In this document: piece after piece, positions 8,859-20,125 of the stretch
How positions within the stretch are numbered: position 1 is the first letter of the stretch
Layout: every line of letters begins with the position of its first letter
The notes under the pieces: model-generated
Told to the model about the DNA's origin: nothing
Databases searched by the model: none
The model's input: the letters and a program-made list of their open reading frames with translations, nothing else
NCBI GenBank assembly: GCA_902762505.1
Contig: CACWOQ010000004.1
Coordinates: 2,953-66,952, forward strand
DNA from: an uncultured Ruminococcus sp.
GTDB taxonomy: Bacteria > Bacillota > Clostridia > Oscillospirales > CAG-272
Length of the DNA stretch: 64,000 nucleotides
Direction: 5' to 3'
Made by a program: the position numbers and the translations under genes

Positions 8859-10646
8859 ATGGAAAATACGGAAAAAACAGGCAGAGTCGTCAAGGTATCC
8901 GGTCCGCTTATAACCGCGTCCGGCATGGCTGACGTCCATATGTACGACGTCGTACGCGTCGGTAAAGACAGACTGATCGGCGAGATCATAGAGCTTCGCG
9001 GCGACGTCGCGTCCGTACAGGTGTACGAGGACACCGCCGGCATAGGCGCCGGCGCGCCCGTGTATCTGACGAACATGCCGCTTTCCGCCGAGCTCGGGCC
9101 CGGCATGATAGAATCCATGTTCGACGGTATCGAGCGTCCGCTCGACGTCCTGTACGCACTTTACGGCGACAGGATACGCCGCGGCGCGTCAGTCCCGTCG
9201 CTCAACAGAGATAAAAAATGGCATTTCACGCCCGTCGCGAAGGTGGGAGACAACGTCGTCGGCGGCGATATACTCGGTACGGTTCAGGAGACCGAGGCGG
9301 TGCTCCACAAGATCATGGTCCCGCCGGACGAATCCGGTACAGTCATGAACATCAGAGAAGGCGATTTCACGGTCGACTCCACCGTCGCCGTGATCCTCAA
9401 CGCAAAGGGCGAGGAAAAACAGCTTTCGATGATACAGTACTGGCCGGTCCGCCGCGGAAGGCCCTGCAAGGAGAAGCTTTCTCCGGAAGAGCCGATGGTA
9501 ACGGGTCAGCGCAACGTTGACACGCTCTTCCCGATAGCGCGCGGCGGCGTCGCCGCCATACCCGGACCGTTCGGCTCCGGAAAGACCGTCGTTCAGCATC
9601 AGCTCGCGAAATGGGCTGACGCCGATATAGTCATCTACATAGGCTGCGGCGAGCGCGGCAACGAGATGACCGACGTCATGAACGAATTCCCGGAGATAAT
9701 CGACCCGAAGACGGGTATGTCGCTCATGAAGCGTACAGTTCTTATAGCGAACACCTCGGATATGCCCGTTGCGGCTCGCGAGGCGTCGATATACACGGGT
9801 ATAACGATAGCGGAATACTTCCGCGATATGGGCTACAAGGTGGCGATCATAGCCGACTCCACGTCACGCTGGGCGGAGGCTCTGCGTGAAATGTCCGGGC
9901 GTCTCGAAGAGATGCCTGGCGAGGAGGGATATCCGGCTTATCTGTCGTCGCGCCTCGCGGAATTCTACGAGCGCGCGGGCGAGGTAAAATGCCTCGGCAG
10001 CGAGGACCGCACCGGCGCCGTCACGGCGATCGGAGCCGTCTCGCCTCCCGGCGGTGACACTTCTGAGCCCGTTTCGCAGGCAACGCTGCGTATAGTCAAG
10101 GTATTCTGGGGACTTTCCTCGGAGCTTGCGTACAAGCGTCACTTTCCCGCGATAGACTGGCTGAAGAGCTATTCGCTCTACGAGCCGAAGCTGCAGGATC
10201 ACTATAAAAAGACGATCTCCCCCGAATGGCCGTCGCTTGTCGCAAAGACCAAGGCGATGCTCCAGGAGGAGGCGGATCTGAACGAGATAGTACAGCTCGT
10301 CGGTATAGATTCTCTCAGCGCGGGCGACAGGCTCACTCTCGCCGCCGCGCAGATGATCCGCGAGGACTATCTGCAGCAGGACGCGCTCGATCCCACGGAC
10401 TCCTACACCACGCCGAGAAAGATGTTCCTTATGCTCGGAACGATACACGGCTGGTATGAAGCGGGAAAGAACGCGCTTGAAGTCGGCGTTCCCTTCGAGC
10501 AGATCGAAAAAATGCCGGTGTGCGAAAAGATAGCGAGAATGAAATACACGGACGAGTCCGTGCGCGAGGAAACGTTTGCGCAGATAAGCGCGGATATGGA
10601 CGCGCAGTTCACAAAGCTGATGGAGGAGGCTGTATCCGATGAATAA
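8859..10646 (+). CDS. ntpA: V/A-type ATPase catalytic subunit A
   Basis: Walker [10 protein letters not shown], and [23 protein letters not shown]. 595 aa. Confidence 0.95.
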   Translation: MENTEKTGRVVKVSGPLITASGMADVHMYDVVRVGKDRLIGEIIELRGDVASVQVYEDTAGIGAGAPVYLTNMPLSAELGPGMIESMFDGIERPLDVLYALYGDRIRRGASVPSLNRDKKWHFTPVAKVGDNVVGGDILGTVQETEAVLHKIMVPPDESGTVMNIREGDFTVDSTVAVILNAKGEEKQLSMIQYWPVRRGRPCKEKLSPEEPMVTGQRNVDTLFPIARGGVAAIPGPFGSGKTVVQHQLAKWADADIVIYIGCGERGNEMTDVMNEFPEIIDPKTGMSLMKRTVLIANTSDMPVAAREASIYTGITIAEYFRDMGYKVAIIADSTSRWAEALREMSGRLEEMPGEEGYPAYLSSRLAEFYERAGEVKCLGSEDRTGAVTAIGAVSPPGGDTSEPVSQATLRIVKVFWGLSSELAYKRHFPAIDWLKSYSLYEPKLQDHYKKTISPEWPSLVAKTKAMLQEEADLNEIVQLVGIDSLSAGDRLTLAAAQMIREDYLQQDALDPTDSYTTPRKMFLMLGTIHGWYEAGKNALEVGVPFEQIEKMPVCEKIARMKYTDESVREETFAQISADMDAQFTKLMEEAVSDE

Positions 10647-12021
10647 GGAATTCAAGACCATAAAAGAAGTCGTCGGACCTCTTATGCTCATAGAAAAAGC
10701 CGAGGGAGCGACTTACGACGAGCTTGTGCAGATAAAGCAGGCGACGGGCGAGGTCAGATACGGCAAGGTCCTCGAGGTGGACCGCGACAAAGCGCTCGTT
10801 CAGCTCTTCGAGCCGTCGGAGGGACTCAAAATATCCGACGCGCGCGCAAAGCTGCTCGGACACGGAGTTCAGCTCGGCGTTTCCGCCGATATGCTCGGAC
10901 GCGTTTTCGACGGCATGGGCGAGCCGATAGACGGCGGAGACAGGATAATCCCCGAAAAATACATGGATATAAACGGACTGCCGATGAATCCGGCGGCGAG
11001 AGACTTCCCGTCGGAGTTCATACAGACGGGCGTTTCCGCGATAGACGGGCTGAACACCCTCGTCCGCGGTCAGAAGCTCCCCGTTTTCTCCGGCTCCGGT
11101 CTGCCGCACGCGGAGCTTGCCGCTCAGATAGCGAGGCAGGCGAAGGTGCGCGGGACCGACGACAAATTCGCCGTCGTATTCGCCGCGATCGGTATAACGT
11201 TCGAGGAATCCGAATTCTTCATCCGCGATTTCAGAAGGACGGGCGCGATAGACCGTTCCGTCATGTTCATAAACCTCGCGAACGACCCGGCGGTCGAGCG
11301 TATATCAACGCCGCGTATGGCGATAACCTGCGCCGAATATCTTGCATACGAGCTCGGCATGCACGTCCTCGTCATAATGAGCGATATAACCAACTACGCG
11401 GAGGCGCTGCGTGAGATCAGCGCGGCGCGAAAGGAAGTTCCCGGACGCCGCGGCTATCCCGGTTATCTTTACACGGACTTAGCGACAATGTACGAGCGCG
11501 CGGGCAAGCTGAAGGGCAAGCCCGGCTCGATCACGCAGATACCGATACTCACGATGCCCGAGGACGACAAGACTCACCCGATCCCGGACCTTACCGGATA
11601 TATCACCGAGGGTCAGATAATCCTCTCACGTGAGCTTTACAGAAAAGGCGTACAGCCGCCGATAGACGTTCTGCCCTCGCTTTCGCGTCTTAAAAACAAG
11701 GGTATCGGCCCCGGGCGCACGCGTGAGGACCATTCCGGCAACATGAACCAGCTTTTCGCCGCGTACGCGCGCGGCAAGGACGCGCGTGAGCTGTCGACCA
11801 TACTCGGCGAATCGGCGCTTTCCGAGGTAGACCGCATTTACGCGAAGTTCGCCGAGGAATTCGAGCGCAGATACGTATCGCAGGGTTATCAGACGGACAG
11901 ATCGATCGAAGAGACGCTTACGGTCGGCTGGGAGCTGCTGTCAATGCTCCCGAGGACCGAGCTCAAACGCATAAAGGAAGAATATATAGAAAAATATCTT
12001 CCGAAAAAAGAGCAGGAATAA
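10639..12021 (+). CDS. ntpB: V/A-type ATPase subunit B
   Basis: Conserved [25 protein letters not shown] and [31 protein letters not shown]. Overlaps the end of A by 8 nt. Confidence 0.95.
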   Translation: MNKEFKTIKEVVGPLMLIEKAEGATYDELVQIKQATGEVRYGKVLEVDRDKALVQLFEPSEGLKISDARAKLLGHGVQLGVSADMLGRVFDGMGEPIDGGDRIIPEKYMDINGLPMNPAARDFPSEFIQTGVSAIDGLNTLVRGQKLPVFSGSGLPHAELAAQIARQAKVRGTDDKFAVVFAAIGITFEESEFFIRDFRRTGAIDRSVMFINLANDPAVERISTPRMAITCAEYLAYELGMHVLVIMSDITNYAEALREISAARKEVPGRRGYPGYLYTDLATMYERAGKLKGKPGSITQIPILTMPEDDKTHPIPDLTGYITEGQIILSRELYRKGVQPPIDVLPSLSRLKNKGIGPGRTREDHSGNMNQLFAAYARGKDARELSTILGESALSEVDRIYAKFAEEFERRYVSQGYQTDRSIEETLTVGWELLSMLPRTELKRIKEEYIEKYLPKKEQE

Positions 12022-12024
12022 GAG

Positions 12025-12648
12025 ATGGCAAAGCAGATAAATCCGACGAGAATGGAGCTTACGCGCCTCAAAAGACGCCTGAAAACGGCGGCGCGCGGTC
12101 ACAAGCTTCTGAAGGATAAGCAAAACGGGATGACGAAGAAGTTCATGGAGCAGATAAGGTTCAACCGCCGCCTGCGCGAGCAGGTGGAGGCGGAGCTTTC
12201 CGACGCCGCGAGGCAGTTCCGCTCCGCTTCGTCCGTCATGGGCGAAAAGGAGCTCGCCGAGGCTCTGATGCTCCCCGCGGGGGAGATCGGCGTCGTAGGC
12301 GGATCGGATAACGTCATGAGCGTCCGGGTCCCCACGCTCAGCTCCGACGGCTCGCTCGCCGGCACGCTTCCGTACGGCTTTGCCGACACCTCGCCCGAGC
12401 TTGACGCCGCCACGCTTTCGATGGTGAAGCTGTTCCCCACGCTTCTGCGGCTCGCGGAATGCGAGAAAACGTGCGATATGCTCGCCGCCGAGATAGAAAA
12501 GACGCGCCGCCGCGTCAACGCGCTCGAGCACGTCATGATCCCGGAGATGGAGCGTAACATCAAGTTCATCACGATGAAGCTTGAGGACAACGAGCGTCAG
12601 AACATCACCCGCCTAATGAAGGTCAAGGACGTGATCAACGCAAGATAA
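12025..12648 (+). CDS. ntpD: V/A-type ATPase subunit D (central stalk)
   Basis: MAKQINPTRMELTRLKRRLKTAARGHKLLKDK is the characteristic subunit D N-terminus. Last gene of the operon. Confidence 0.9.
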   Translation: MAKQINPTRMELTRLKRRLKTAARGHKLLKDKQNGMTKKFMEQIRFNRRLREQVEAELSDAARQFRSASSVMGEKELAEALMLPAGEIGVVGGSDNVMSVRVPTLSSDGSLAGTLPYGFADTSPELDAATLSMVKLFPTLLRLAECEKTCDMLAAEIEKTRRRVNALEHVMIPEMERNIKFITMKLEDNERQNITRLMKVKDVINAR

Positions 12649-12652
12649 TGCA

Positions 12653-12680
12653 AAAACCGCGCCGGAAGACGCGGTTTTCT
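12653..12680 (+). terminator. Intrinsic terminator of the V-ATPase operon
   Basis: AAAACCGCG, loop CCGGAAGA, CGCGGTTTT, then a T-rich tail, starting 5 nt after the ntpD stop. Confidence 0.75.
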
Positions 12681-12842
12681 TATGGACTGTTTACGTAATT
12701 CAGCCGGGGCGGAAAGGTCCTGATCCATACGATCCGTTCAGCGCATGACGGCTCAGACGGGCTTTTTGTGAATTTTGATATTCTTCGTTACCGGTCGTTA
12801 TATATTCAGCATATATATCGTATTATCGGCGAACGGAAGCGG

Positions 12843-12876
12843 CGGAAAAAGAAACGCCCGCCGTGCGGCGGGCGTT
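12843..12876 (-). terminator. Intrinsic terminator downstream of the GH84 gene
   Basis: Stem AACGCCCGCC / GGCGGGCGTT with a 3-nt loop, followed on the minus strand by TTCTTTTTCC. Confidence 0.7.
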
Positions 12877-12946
12877 CTTCAATACGATGTTACAATACTT
12901 ATTCTGCTGTTGTTTATTTGATATCCAGGTCAGTTACAGGTCTGCG

Positions 12947-15826
12947 TTACTTTTTTACGACCTCGGCGATCCCGAACGGGGCTCCGTTGAACGTGACTGT
13001 GACAGAATCGGAGTTTTTGACGTCTATCACCGTATGAGCGGACAGAGAAACCTCCCTGCCCGAGGCGGCGACGGAGATGCCTTCATACGAGGTCAGATAA
13101 AGCTCAAGCAAGTCGCAGCCGGACGTGTCGAACGTAAGCGTTTTCCCGGCGAGTTCATCCGCGGCGGGCGCGAACACCGTGAAAACGTCGCGGTCCGTGA
13201 GCGGATAAAAGTCTATGCTGCCGTCTCCGTCAAACGAGACGCCGTCCGGCAGAGCGAATTTACGGTCAATTTCAAACTCGGATATTATGACCCAGTTGGT
13301 CTGCGCCGCCGTACAGCGGACGCGGACGTATCTTGCGCGGAACGAAGCGGCGGACTTTGTGACTCTGCCGTTCACGTCGCACAGCTTCGTATATTCCGCT
13401 CCGTCCGCGGAGTATTCGAGCACGCCCGAGTGGATATAGTCGTCCGGATGGCCGTCTTCGCCCGCCGTGAGCCTTACGCCGCTGACGTCGGCGACGGAGC
13501 CGAGATCGACGGTGAACACGCCGTTGACCGTCGGCGCGGCGGACGACCAGAATACCGTCGTCTGATCGCCGTCAAACGCGTTTTCGGGCACGTAATTCTG
13601 ATACACCGGCATATTCGTGTCGACTTTTCTGCCGGAGGACGCGGGGCGCCTCGTCGTATTCGCTTCAAACGAACGGATGATGACCCAGTTCGGAGACGAC
13701 TGATCTCCGCATCTGACTCTCAGAGCCTTTGCCGTTATGCTGAGTTTTTCAAAATACACCTCGCTGCCGAAGCTGCCGGCGGCGAGCTTTTTCCAGTTCT
13801 TCTCATCGGTCGAGTATTCAAGTATTATATCCGACAAAACGTCGCGCCCGTTGTTTCCGGTCGTGATATATACGTTTCTTACGGTGACGGCGGACGGGAA
13901 TCTGATCCCCACGTATCCCTTGCCGCCGTCGGACGCCTGCTGAAGCGAGCCCGCGCTCCAGAAAAACGTAGAGTCATCGCCGTCGGCTATATAATCCGCG
14001 GAATGATCCTCGTAAACGCGGCAGTCGGTGAACGCCGTCGCTTTTTCAAACGTGATCTTTGGCGCGTCGCCGAGCACGGAATTCACGCGCGTTTTAGCCG
14101 CCGCAAGGAACGGGGCGAGAACGTCCGCGCTGACGTTCACCGCGTTATTGCGCGTTCTTTCATAAGCCGAGACGAACCGCACCGCAAGCTCAGGCTTTGC
14201 GTCGGGCTGAGCCGCGTCGAATCCGAGCAGCGCGACAGCCGAATCAACGAAGGCGCGCGCCTTTGACAGCCACGGCTCCGTCTCCGATATAAAGGCTCGG
14301 TCGCCGTTTTTTTCAAGATCGGACAGGTCGAGGCTCATCTTTTCAAGCTGTGACAAAAGCTCTGAATTATCCTTTCCGGGATCGTAATCCCGTACAGCGC
14401 CGGCGATCGAGAGCGACGATCTTTCGCCGTTTATGACAGATGCGCGGCAGAGATCCATGAACGCGTAAAGCCCGTCCGCCTTATCGGGCATCAACCGGGT
14501 CACCGCTTCTTTGACAGATCTATTGGGGTCGTAGGAGGCTGTGTTCCACATCATATCCGCGACCGTCAGAAGCGGCAGCATGGAAGCGTGGCCCTGATTC
14601 ATCGGATTGGAGACGAGTCCGCATATATGCTCCGGCAGATCACCTCCGAGATTCTCGCACGGACCGAGGAAAAGTCTGTCCGTCATAGTATCGTTTACCG
14701 GGTAGTTCCACCAGATAAGGACGTTTCTGCCGAGTTTTTTGTTTATTTTTTCAAGCTGAGAGCCGGTTATCGACGCGGGAACGACGCCCGTTCCGGTCCA
14801 CATGACCTTTATATCCGCGTCAAGCAGCGGAGCGAGCCCGTCCGTGTAGCCGGTGAGCATCGCGTCGCAGAATTCGGGCGAGATCATGATCAGATCGGCG
14901 CAGCCTTCGTGAGTTTTAACGAATTTACTCTGAAAATCGTTGACGAGAGCGGCGTGTCCCTTCGCGTCATGGGACTCTATATCGTCAAGCAGTATCGCAA
15001 AATCGCGCACGCCGAGCTCATACATGGCTTCGCATTTGGAAAACAGCTTTTCAAGGTCGCCGCCGTACCCTTCGCCGAGGTCGATATCGAGCCCGGGAGA
15101 CAGGGCGTATATGAATCTGACGTTGTTGTCCGCGGCTGTTTTACAAAGCTCCTTCATTTTTTCAAGCTCTTCACCCGTATACGCCTCGCGCCACTTTGCG
15201 CGGTGCTTCGGATCGTCCTTCGGGGCGTAAATATACGCGTTGAGCTTGTATCTGCCCATGAACGACAACAGCTCGAGACGGAAGCTGTGCGTCCAAGCCT
15301 CGCCGTAAAAGCCTTCGATTACTCCGCGCAGCGGAACGGACGGCTTGTCCTCAACGTCGGCGGCGGCTATCCTTCCCTGATCGCGGAGCTGAGAAAGCGT
15401 CGATACGGCGTTGTAGACTCCGCGTGATCCTGCGGCTGTCAGCGTGACGCCGTTGCTTCTGACGCTCAGCTTGTATTCCTCCTCCGAAAGCGCGCCGTCG
15501 GTGACAACCGTCACGGGCAGTCCGTTTTCCGCGCAGGAAAATCCGAAATGCGCGAAAACGCCGTTATACGAGCTGTCCGACGGGGTCAGCGCGGAAGCGT
15601 CAGCCGAGTCGATGCCGCGTACCGATACGCGGATGCTCTGCGGCTCGGGATAAACGGAAACGTGAAGCTCGCCGTCAAACCCGGGCGAAGACCCGGTTTC
15701 GGTCGCCGTGTCCGTTCCCGTGATTTCGTCCGTCACGGTATCGGGCGCGTTATCCGGCTTGCACGCGGTCAGAAGCGCCGCCGTCGCGGCTATAAGAGAT
15801 ATTACGGTCAGTATCCTGTGTTTCAA
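12947..15826 (-). CDS. Secreted lipoprotein, GH84 beta-N-acetylglucosaminidase (O-GlcNAcase/NagJ-like) with C-terminal F5/8 type C (discoidin/CBM32-like) domains
   Basis: PLRGVIEGFYGEAWTH...YIYAPKDDPKHR...FIYALSPGLD matches the GH84 catalytic-domain signature. Lipobox LLTAC. Preferred start is the TTG at 15826, preceded by GAGGTG; ATG 15847 and the listed 15916 lack an RBS. Confidence 0.8.
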   Translation of the reverse strand: MKHRILTVISLIAATAALLTACKPDNAPDTVTDEITGTDTATETGSSPGFDGELHVSVYPEPQSIRVSVRGIDSADASALTPSDSSYNGVFAHFGFSCAENGLPVTVVTDGALSEEEYKLSVRSNGVTLTAAGSRGVYNAVSTLSQLRDQGRIAAADVEDKPSVPLRGVIEGFYGEAWTHSFRLELLSFMGRYKLNAYIYAPKDDPKHRAKWREAYTGEELEKMKELCKTAADNNVRFIYALSPGLDIDLGEGYGGDLEKLFSKCEAMYELGVRDFAILLDDIESHDAKGHAALVNDFQSKFVKTHEGCADLIMISPEFCDAMLTGYTDGLAPLLDADIKVMWTGTGVVPASITGSQLEKINKKLGRNVLIWWNYPVNDTMTDRLFLGPCENLGGDLPEHICGLVSNPMNQGHASMLPLLTVADMMWNTASYDPNRSVKEAVTRLMPDKADGLYAFMDLCRASVINGERSSLSIAGAVRDYDPGKDNSELLSQLEKMSLDLSDLEKNGDRAFISETEPWLSKARAFVDSAVALLGFDAAQPDAKPELAVRFVSAYERTRNNAVNVSADVLAPFLAAAKTRVNSVLGDAPKITFEKATAFTDCRVYEDHSADYIADGDDSTFFWSAGSLQQASDGGKGYVGIRFPSAVTVRNVYITTGNNGRDVLSDIILEYSTDEKNWKKLAAGSFGSEVYFEKLSITAKALRVRCGDQSSPNWVIIRSFEANTTRRPASSGRKVDTNMPVYQNYVPENAFDGDQTTVFWSSAAPTVNGVFTVDLGSVADVSGVRLTAGEDGHPDDYIHSGVLEYSADGAEYTKLCDVNGRVTKSAASFRARYVRVRCTAAQTNWVIISEFEIDRKFALPDGVSFDGDGSIDFYPLTDRDVFTVFAPAADELAGKTLTFDTSGCDLLELYLTSYEGISVAASGREVSLSAHTVIDVKNSDSVTVTFNGAPFGIAEVVKK

Positions 15827-15975
15827 ATTAATCACCTCGTATATCATTATACACCAAACGCCGTGATCTGTCAAGCCCGAAAAACCGTTTGATGCGCAGC
15901 GCCTCCAACAAAACACTTGACATCACGGATTTCTTGTGTTATAATCATATCATAAATCTTGAAGAGGTGAAAATC

Positions 15976-16821
15976 ATGGCAAAGCAGACCAGGAATACAG
16001 CGGCGCAGGAAGCCGCCAAAAAGGCGCTTGAAGCCGTACAGGCGAAAAAAGCCGCCGAAAAGAAAAAGATAGAGCATACCTACACTCAGGTCGGTCAGCA
16101 GAGCGCGGACAAGGACGAGCTGCTCGCCGCAACGCGCAAAAACGCCCTGCCCTACCGCATAGGCGCGATCGTTCTCTGGGTCCTCGCGATAGCGTTCGAG
16201 GTTCTGGCGATACTCCTTTTCGTACATAAGATCGAATTATCGTTCACCGTCGAGAATCCCGGCTGGATGATCTCATGGATCGTCTGCCTCGTGCTTGACC
16301 TCGTATGCGTGATCGTCGGTTCACAACTCTGGAAGAAGGGCAACCACCTCGATCCCGCGTCCGCCAAAAACAAGCTCCGTTTCTGGCTTCACAACAACCT
16401 CGGAGTCATCGTATCCGTCTTCGCGTTCGCTCCCTTCATCATAATCGTACTCACGGACAAGAAGGCGAACAAGCAGTCGAAGATAATCGCCGCAGTCGCC
16501 GCCGCAGTCGCGCTTGTCATAGCCGGTCTTACGAGCTACGACTGGAACCCCATTTCCCAGGAGGAAATGCTTGAAAACGCGAATATCGAGACCGTTTACT
16601 GGACCGCGAGCGGCACCGTCTATCACGCGTATGACGACTGCTCTCACCTGAGCAACACAGTCGAGCTGCTCACCGGCACGTCCGCCACCGCAATTGAAAA
16701 CGGCAAGACGAGGCTCTGCAAGACCTGCGAGGCAAGGGCTCTCAAAGAAGCCGAGGCGCTTGAAGGCGACAAAACCGCCGACACGGAAGCCGAAACCGGA
16801 GCCGACACCGAAGCCGAATAA
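15976..16821 (+). CDS. Four-TM membrane protein with a C-terminal Cys/His motif domain and an acidic tail
   Basis: ATG at 15976 is preceded by GAGGTG; the listed 15889 start lacks an RBS. Four hydrophobic helices, then YHAYDDCSHL...(24 aa)...CKTC. Confidence 0.55.
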   Translation: MAKQTRNTAAQEAAKKALEAVQAKKAAEKKKIEHTYTQVGQQSADKDELLAATRKNALPYRIGAIVLWVLAIAFEVLAILLFVHKIELSFTVENPGWMISWIVCLVLDLVCVIVGSQLWKKGNHLDPASAKNKLRFWLHNNLGVIVSVFAFAPFIIIVLTDKKANKQSKIIAAVAAAVALVIAGLTSYDWNPISQEEMLENANIETVYWTASGTVYHAYDDCSHLSNTVELLTGTSATAIENGKTRLCKTCEARALKEAEALEGDKTADTEAETGADTEAE

Positions 16822-16830
16822 GCAGCCCTT

Positions 16831-16866
16831 ACCGTCCGGGACGACCCGGGCGGTTTTCTTTTTTTC
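16831..16866 (+). terminator. Intrinsic terminator
   Basis: ACCGTCCGGG, loop ACGA, CCCGGGCGGT (one G-T pair), then TTTTCTTTTTTT. Confidence 0.75.
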
Positions 16867-17002
16867 CGGTCAAACACGTTTTACACCTCCTTTTCACCTG
16901 ATTTTCGCATGAATCGTATTAAGAATTTTCAAATTCCGGCAAGATTCGGAAATCACGTTACGGTATAATATTATACAGAAATCGAACGGAGGACTTCCGA
17001 CC

Positions 17003-19090
17003 ATGAAAAAATACATCTGCGTCTTCGCCGTCTCGGTGCTGCTTGTTCTGACGTCGTGCACGGCGATCGCTCCGGTCCCGGCGCCATCTCCCGGTACCGT
17101 GCAGACGTCTCCCGAAACGGCGCCCGGGGTCACGTCCGGGACGGTCACAGACCCCACGGACGACGAAAGAGCCGCCACGGGAGAATTCACCGTATCGGCG
17201 CCGGACGGCGTACGTGTTACGTATGAAGGCGGCGTCTGCACCGTCACGGAGCCGGGCGAATACACGCTCAGCGGCAGGCTTGACGGCAGGATAGTCGTCG
17301 ACGCGGGCGACGGCGAGGTAACTCTCATACTGAACGGCTGCTCCGTTTACTGCGCGGACGGCTCCCCGATAAGCTTCATTTCCTGCGGCGGCGCAGCGGT
17401 GAAGGCCGCGGAGGGCTCGTACAACACGGTATCAGATCTGCGTACGGGCGACGCCTCCCTGCTCTCCGGCACGGACGAAAACGACGACGCGGCGATATAC
17501 TCGTCGTGCGATCTGAAAATCAACGGAAAAGGCACTCTGATCGTCACATCCTCCTATGACAACGGGATCAAATCAAAGGACGATCTGAAAATAAAAAACG
17601 TGACTCTGAAGGTCACGTCGCCCGGCTGTGCGCTCAAGGGGAACGACAGCGTATCGGTCGAATCCGGCTCGCTCATACTCGTATCGGAGCAGTCGGACTG
17701 CATAAAGACGAAGAATACCGACGTGTCGGCTAAGGGAAATCAGCGCGGAAACGTTCAGATCAGCGGAGGATGCGTCGATATTTACGCCGCCTGCGACGGG
17801 ATAAGCGCGGCGTATGACGCCCTGATCTCGGGCGACTGCGTGATAAACGTTTACACCGCCTCGTACGCCGGTCAGGACGCGTCGTCTTCCGGGGAGCTTT
17901 ATCTGATCGTACCGCGCACCTCATACTCCGAATCGCTCGATTACTTCGCGTATTTCAGCGGCGATAACGGCGGCGTATGGCGCAGATTCGAATATGAAAC
18001 GATGGTTTACAGCGGCAGAAACGCGTCTTATTACGGGCTTCTCACAAGTATACCGGCAAACAGCACCGGCATCGCGTTCTTCACGGTGAGTAAGGGCGCC
18101 GACCCGTCGACGGTATATACGGACGTCGATACTCACGCGATAAACACGGCGATGAACGGCTACCTCTACGGCAGGGAAACGTCGGGCGAAATAAGCGGCG
18201 AATGGGTGCAGCTCGGCAGCGGCGGCGGCAACTCCGAAAAAACAACGTATTCGTCAAAGGGCGTAAAGGCCGGGAACTCCGTAACGGTCGACGGCGGCAC
18301 GATCGGTATTTACAGCAAGGACGACGGTATCCACGCAAACGCGGACAAGCTCGATTCCGGCGCGTCCGGTAAAGGCGACGTGACCGTGAACGGCGGATCC
18401 GTTACGATAACGGCGGCTGACGACGGCATCCACGCGGATTCGGTATTGACCGTAAACGGCGGATATATAAACGTCGTAAAATCGCACGAAGGGCTTGAAG
18501 GCAACGTGATCCGGATAAACGGCGGCACGGTATACGTTTACGGCGGCGACGACGGTTTAAACGCCTGCAAAGGCGGCTCCTCGCCTCTGATCGACATAAC
18601 GGGCGGATATCTTGAAGTGACCACGCCGTCCGGCGATACCGACGGAATAGACAGCAACGGCAGCATAACCGTGTCCGGCGGACTTGTCATAGTCAAAGGC
18701 GGCGCGTCGAACGGAGGCATGGCGGGCTCGGTCGACGCGGACGGCTCCGTCTCCGTCACCGGCGGAACGGTGATAGCGCTCGGCGGCGTATGCGAGGTAC
18801 CGGGCAGCGGCTCGGTGAACGTTTACGTCTCTCAGTCGACCCGGTTCGAGCCGGGCGAATACGTTCTTGCGGATCAGTCCGGCTCAGTCATCGCGTCGTT
18901 TACGCTCGGATCGTCGTATTCGTCCTGCTGGATCGCGTCCGAAGCGTTCGCGCTGAACGGCTCGTATAAGCTCGAAAAGGACGGCTCCTCCCTGCTTTCA
19001 TGGACGCAGTCGTCACAGCTTATGGGATATTCCGGCGGCGGCTTCGGCGGAGGCGGCTTCGGCGGAGGCGGAAGACCCGGAAAAAGATAA
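17003..19090 (+). CDS. Cthe_2159-family beta-helix carbohydrate-binding lipoprotein (paralog 1)
   Basis: Lipobox VLTSC. Repeated beta-helix rungs with DDGIHAD, SHEGLEG, DDGLNA, DTDGIDSNGS. Gly-rich tail GGGFGGGGFGGGG. Confidence 0.7.
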   Translation: MKKYICVFAVSVLLVLTSCTAIAPVPAPSPGTVQTSPETAPGVTSGTVTDPTDDERAATGEFTVSAPDGVRVTYEGGVCTVTEPGEYTLSGRLDGRIVVDAGDGEVTLILNGCSVYCADGSPISFISCGGAAVKAAEGSYNTVSDLRTGDASLLSGTDENDDAAIYSSCDLKINGKGTLIVTSSYDNGIKSKDDLKIKNVTLKVTSPGCALKGNDSVSVESGSLILVSEQSDCIKTKNTDVSAKGNQRGNVQISGGCVDIYAACDGISAAYDALISGDCVINVYTASYAGQDASSSGELYLIVPRTSYSESLDYFAYFSGDNGGVWRRFEYETMVYSGRNASYYGLLTSIPANSTGIAFFTVSKGADPSTVYTDVDTHAINTAMNGYLYGRETSGEISGEWVQLGSGGGNSEKTTYSSKGVKAGNSVTVDGGTIGIYSKDDGIHANADKLDSGASGKGDVTVNGGSVTITAADDGIHADSVLTVNGGYINVVKSHEGLEGNVIRINGGTVYVYGGDDGLNACKGGSSPLIDITGGYLEVTTPSGDTDGIDSNGSITVSGGLVIVKGGASNGGMAGSVDADGSVSVTGGTVIALGGVCEVPGSGSVNVYVSQSTRFEPGEYVLADQSGSVIASFTLGSSYSSCWIASEAFALNGSYKLEKDGSSLLSWTQSSQLMGYSGGGFGGGGFGGGGRPGKR

Positions 19091-19102
19091 ATACAGCGTC
19101 AA

Positions 19103-19135
19103 AAAAGCCTCGAAGGGTTTTCGAGGCTTTGTTTT
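19103..19135. terminator. Bidirectional terminator
   Basis: AAAGCCTCGAA / TTCGAGGCTTT stem flanked by an A-run and a T-run, between convergent genes. Confidence 0.7.
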
Positions 19136-19881
19136 TACTTTTCAAACGGGCGTTTGATCCCGAGCGCGTGCAGTTTTTCGTTATATTCGCGGATCCGGTC
19201 CGGCAGATAATCGCCGACGCGGTGACCGTCGAAGCCTATCGAGACGAGGGCGCCCGATCTTCTCACGATATCCTGCTTCTCCTCATCCGCAAAGAAATCG
19301 AGCATATAGCCGTGTACGCGGTAGTTGTGTATGCTGTCATAGCTTACGTTCATCTCCCAGAATATATTCTCCTCCGCCATGCGGCAGAAATATTCGTACG
19401 GATCCTCTCCGCGCGACCTTATATGTCTGAAAAGATCCGTGTGAGCAATGCCGACAAGCGGCGTGCCGCACCGCTTCGCGTATGCGAAAATATCACCGCG
19501 CGTCACCGTACAGTCGCTGTCAAGGCATTCGACAAGACAGTAATCGTAATACGAAATGTCCGCGCTGTCCGGCAGCGGGTTTCTCCCGTCGTCCGTTGTG
19601 TTCAGCTCTATGCCGCGTTTTATCTCTATTTTGTCCCTGTATTTTTCGCGGATAAGATTTATGTGGTCGTAATATCTGCGCAGCGTCCGCTCCGCGGTGC
19701 CGCCGAATCTCTGCGCGTCGGGCGCGGTGTAGAAATCGAGCCGGCAATAGCAGACGCCCGTGTTATGGTCGGTTATACCGAGCACGTCTATCCCGCCTTT
19801 TATAGCCGCCTCCGCCACCTGCTCGGGCGTATCGCCTCCGCAGAACGAATAATACGTGTGTGAATGAAGATCCTGTATCAT
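19135..19881 (-). CDS. PHP-domain metal-dependent phosphoesterase
   Basis: N-terminal MIQDLHSHTYYSFCGG...GIDVLGITDHN is the PHP His-x-His/Asp-His motif set. 248 aa. Confidence 0.65.
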   Translation of the reverse strand: MIQDLHSHTYYSFCGGDTPEQVAEAAIKGGIDVLGITDHNTGVCYCRLDFYTAPDAQRFGGTAERTLRRYYDHINLIREKYRDKIEIKRGIELNTTDDGRNPLPDSADISYYDYCLVECLDSDCTVTRGDIFAYAKRCGTPLVGIAHTDLFRHIRSRGEDPYEYFCRMAEENIFWEMNVSYDSIHNYRVHGYMLDFFADEEKQDIVRRSGALVSIGFDGHRVGDYLPDRIREYNEKLHALGIKRPFEK

Positions 19882-20061
19882 AAGGTCACCCCTTCCGATG
19901 CCGCGGCGGCTGCGTCACCTCGGATCCTTGCCGCGTACCGCCGTTTCACGGTTATTCTATCACATCCGTTTATTAGCCGGGTTACGCGTATGTAAACTAT
20001 GTATGAATGTATAGGCGGCGGTTTTTATGATAAAAATGTGCAGAATCGCGCGGATCGTACC

Positions 20062-20090
20062 TTGACACGGTCGGCTTAATATGATATATT
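20062..20090 (+). promoter_or_regulatory. Candidate sigma-A promoter
   Basis: TTGACA, 17 nt, TATATT, about 35 nt upstream of the GH27 start. Confidence 0.5.
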
Positions 20091-20125
20091 CGGATCATAA
20101 CAAACACGATCGGAGGAAAGCCAAT

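Noticed and set aside
12863-14266. 467-aa plus-strand ORF, with others at 14588..15427 and 15548..15892.
   Set aside because: They lie entirely inside and antisense to the well-supported GH84 gene. They are Arg-rich with no motifs, a GC-rich antisense artefact.
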